DNA of 6,219 nucleotides from a virus (Duplodnaviria; Heunggongvirae; Uroviricota; Caudoviricetes): IMG/VR virus record IMGVR_UViG_2713896736_000007; one strand, 5' to 3'. Shown piece by piece: positions 5,967 to 6,219 of this stretch (position 1 is its first letter; each line of letters starts with the position of its first letter). The notes under the pieces were generated by a model. It saw only the letters and a program-made list of their open reading frames with translations, ran no database searches and was not told where the DNA came from. The position numbers and the translations under genes were made by a program.

Positions 5967-6219
5967 CCGTTGCCCTCATTATCATTATTCACCACCAGGC
6001 GGGGTGGTGGTGGCACCGCAAAACGGTTAGCCGCTTTTTTCGCCGCGTCACCTTTTGCCGATTTTTTACCGGCATCCCCTTTTTTGTGGTGCGTGAACTG
6101 CGCCAGCTTATAAGCCGCATCCAGCGCCAGCCTGGGGTCGGTATTAATGTTCTCCACCAGAAGACGCCCCATCGCTTTCACCGGATCGGGAAGACCGTCC
6201 TCCATATACTCAATACCAG
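5963..6219 (-). CDS. hypothetical protein, 3' portion of an ORF entering from beyond the window; position fits a small terminase subunit but no motif was recognised
   Basis: The minus-strand frame is open from the window edge (...GIEY precedes the first in-window ATG at 6205) to a TGA at 5965..5963, ending ...KKGDAGKKSAKGDAAKKAANRFAVPPPPRLVVNNDNEGNG. The stop overlaps the terminase ATG, which suggests translational coupling. The small-terminase call is an inference from position only. Confidence 0.45.
   Translation of the reverse strand, partial: GIEYMEDGLPDPVKAMGRLLVENINTDPRLALDAAYKLAQFTHHKKGDAGKKSAKGDAAKKAANRFAVPPPPRLVVNNDNEGNG

Noticed and set aside
1-6219. Integrase, attachment site, tRNA, tail or lysis genes
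   Set aside because: Looked for but not seen: every well-supported ORF in the window is a head or packaging gene, and no tRNA-like or att-like structure was evident by eye.

Overview
The window is a phage-type head-morphogenesis and DNA-packaging module, with every supported gene on the minus strand. Reading 5'->3' on the minus strand: (1) the 3' part of an ORF running in from beyond 6219 and ending at 5963, possibly a small terminase subunit; (2) a terminase large subunit, 5966..4305; (3) a hairpin plus U-tract terminator followed by a consensus Shine-Dalgarno; (4) one 645-aa ORF, 4241..2304, that fuses an HK97-type prohead protease, a helical scaffold-like segment and an HK97-fold major capsid protein; (5) a GC-rich stem-loop; (6) a 73-aa ORF of unknown function; (7) an HK97-family portal gene starting at 2092 and running off the window at position 1. 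The portal ORF is absent from the supplied ORF track because it has no stop inside the window; I found it by translating the minus strand by hand and checking the frame at five places. Three things deserve a second look: the capsid gene lies between the terminase and the portal, which is not the usual order; protease and capsid are one reading frame with a possible internal start; and the portal carries a C-terminal extension of about 290 aa or more, built partly from near-identical 162-bp tandem repeats. No tail, lysis, integrase, tRNA or CRISPR features are visible, so I cannot tell from this window whether the element is a prophage, a satellite-like island or another capsid-forming element. 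All family assignments rest on motifs read by eye and recalled from memory, not on any database search.
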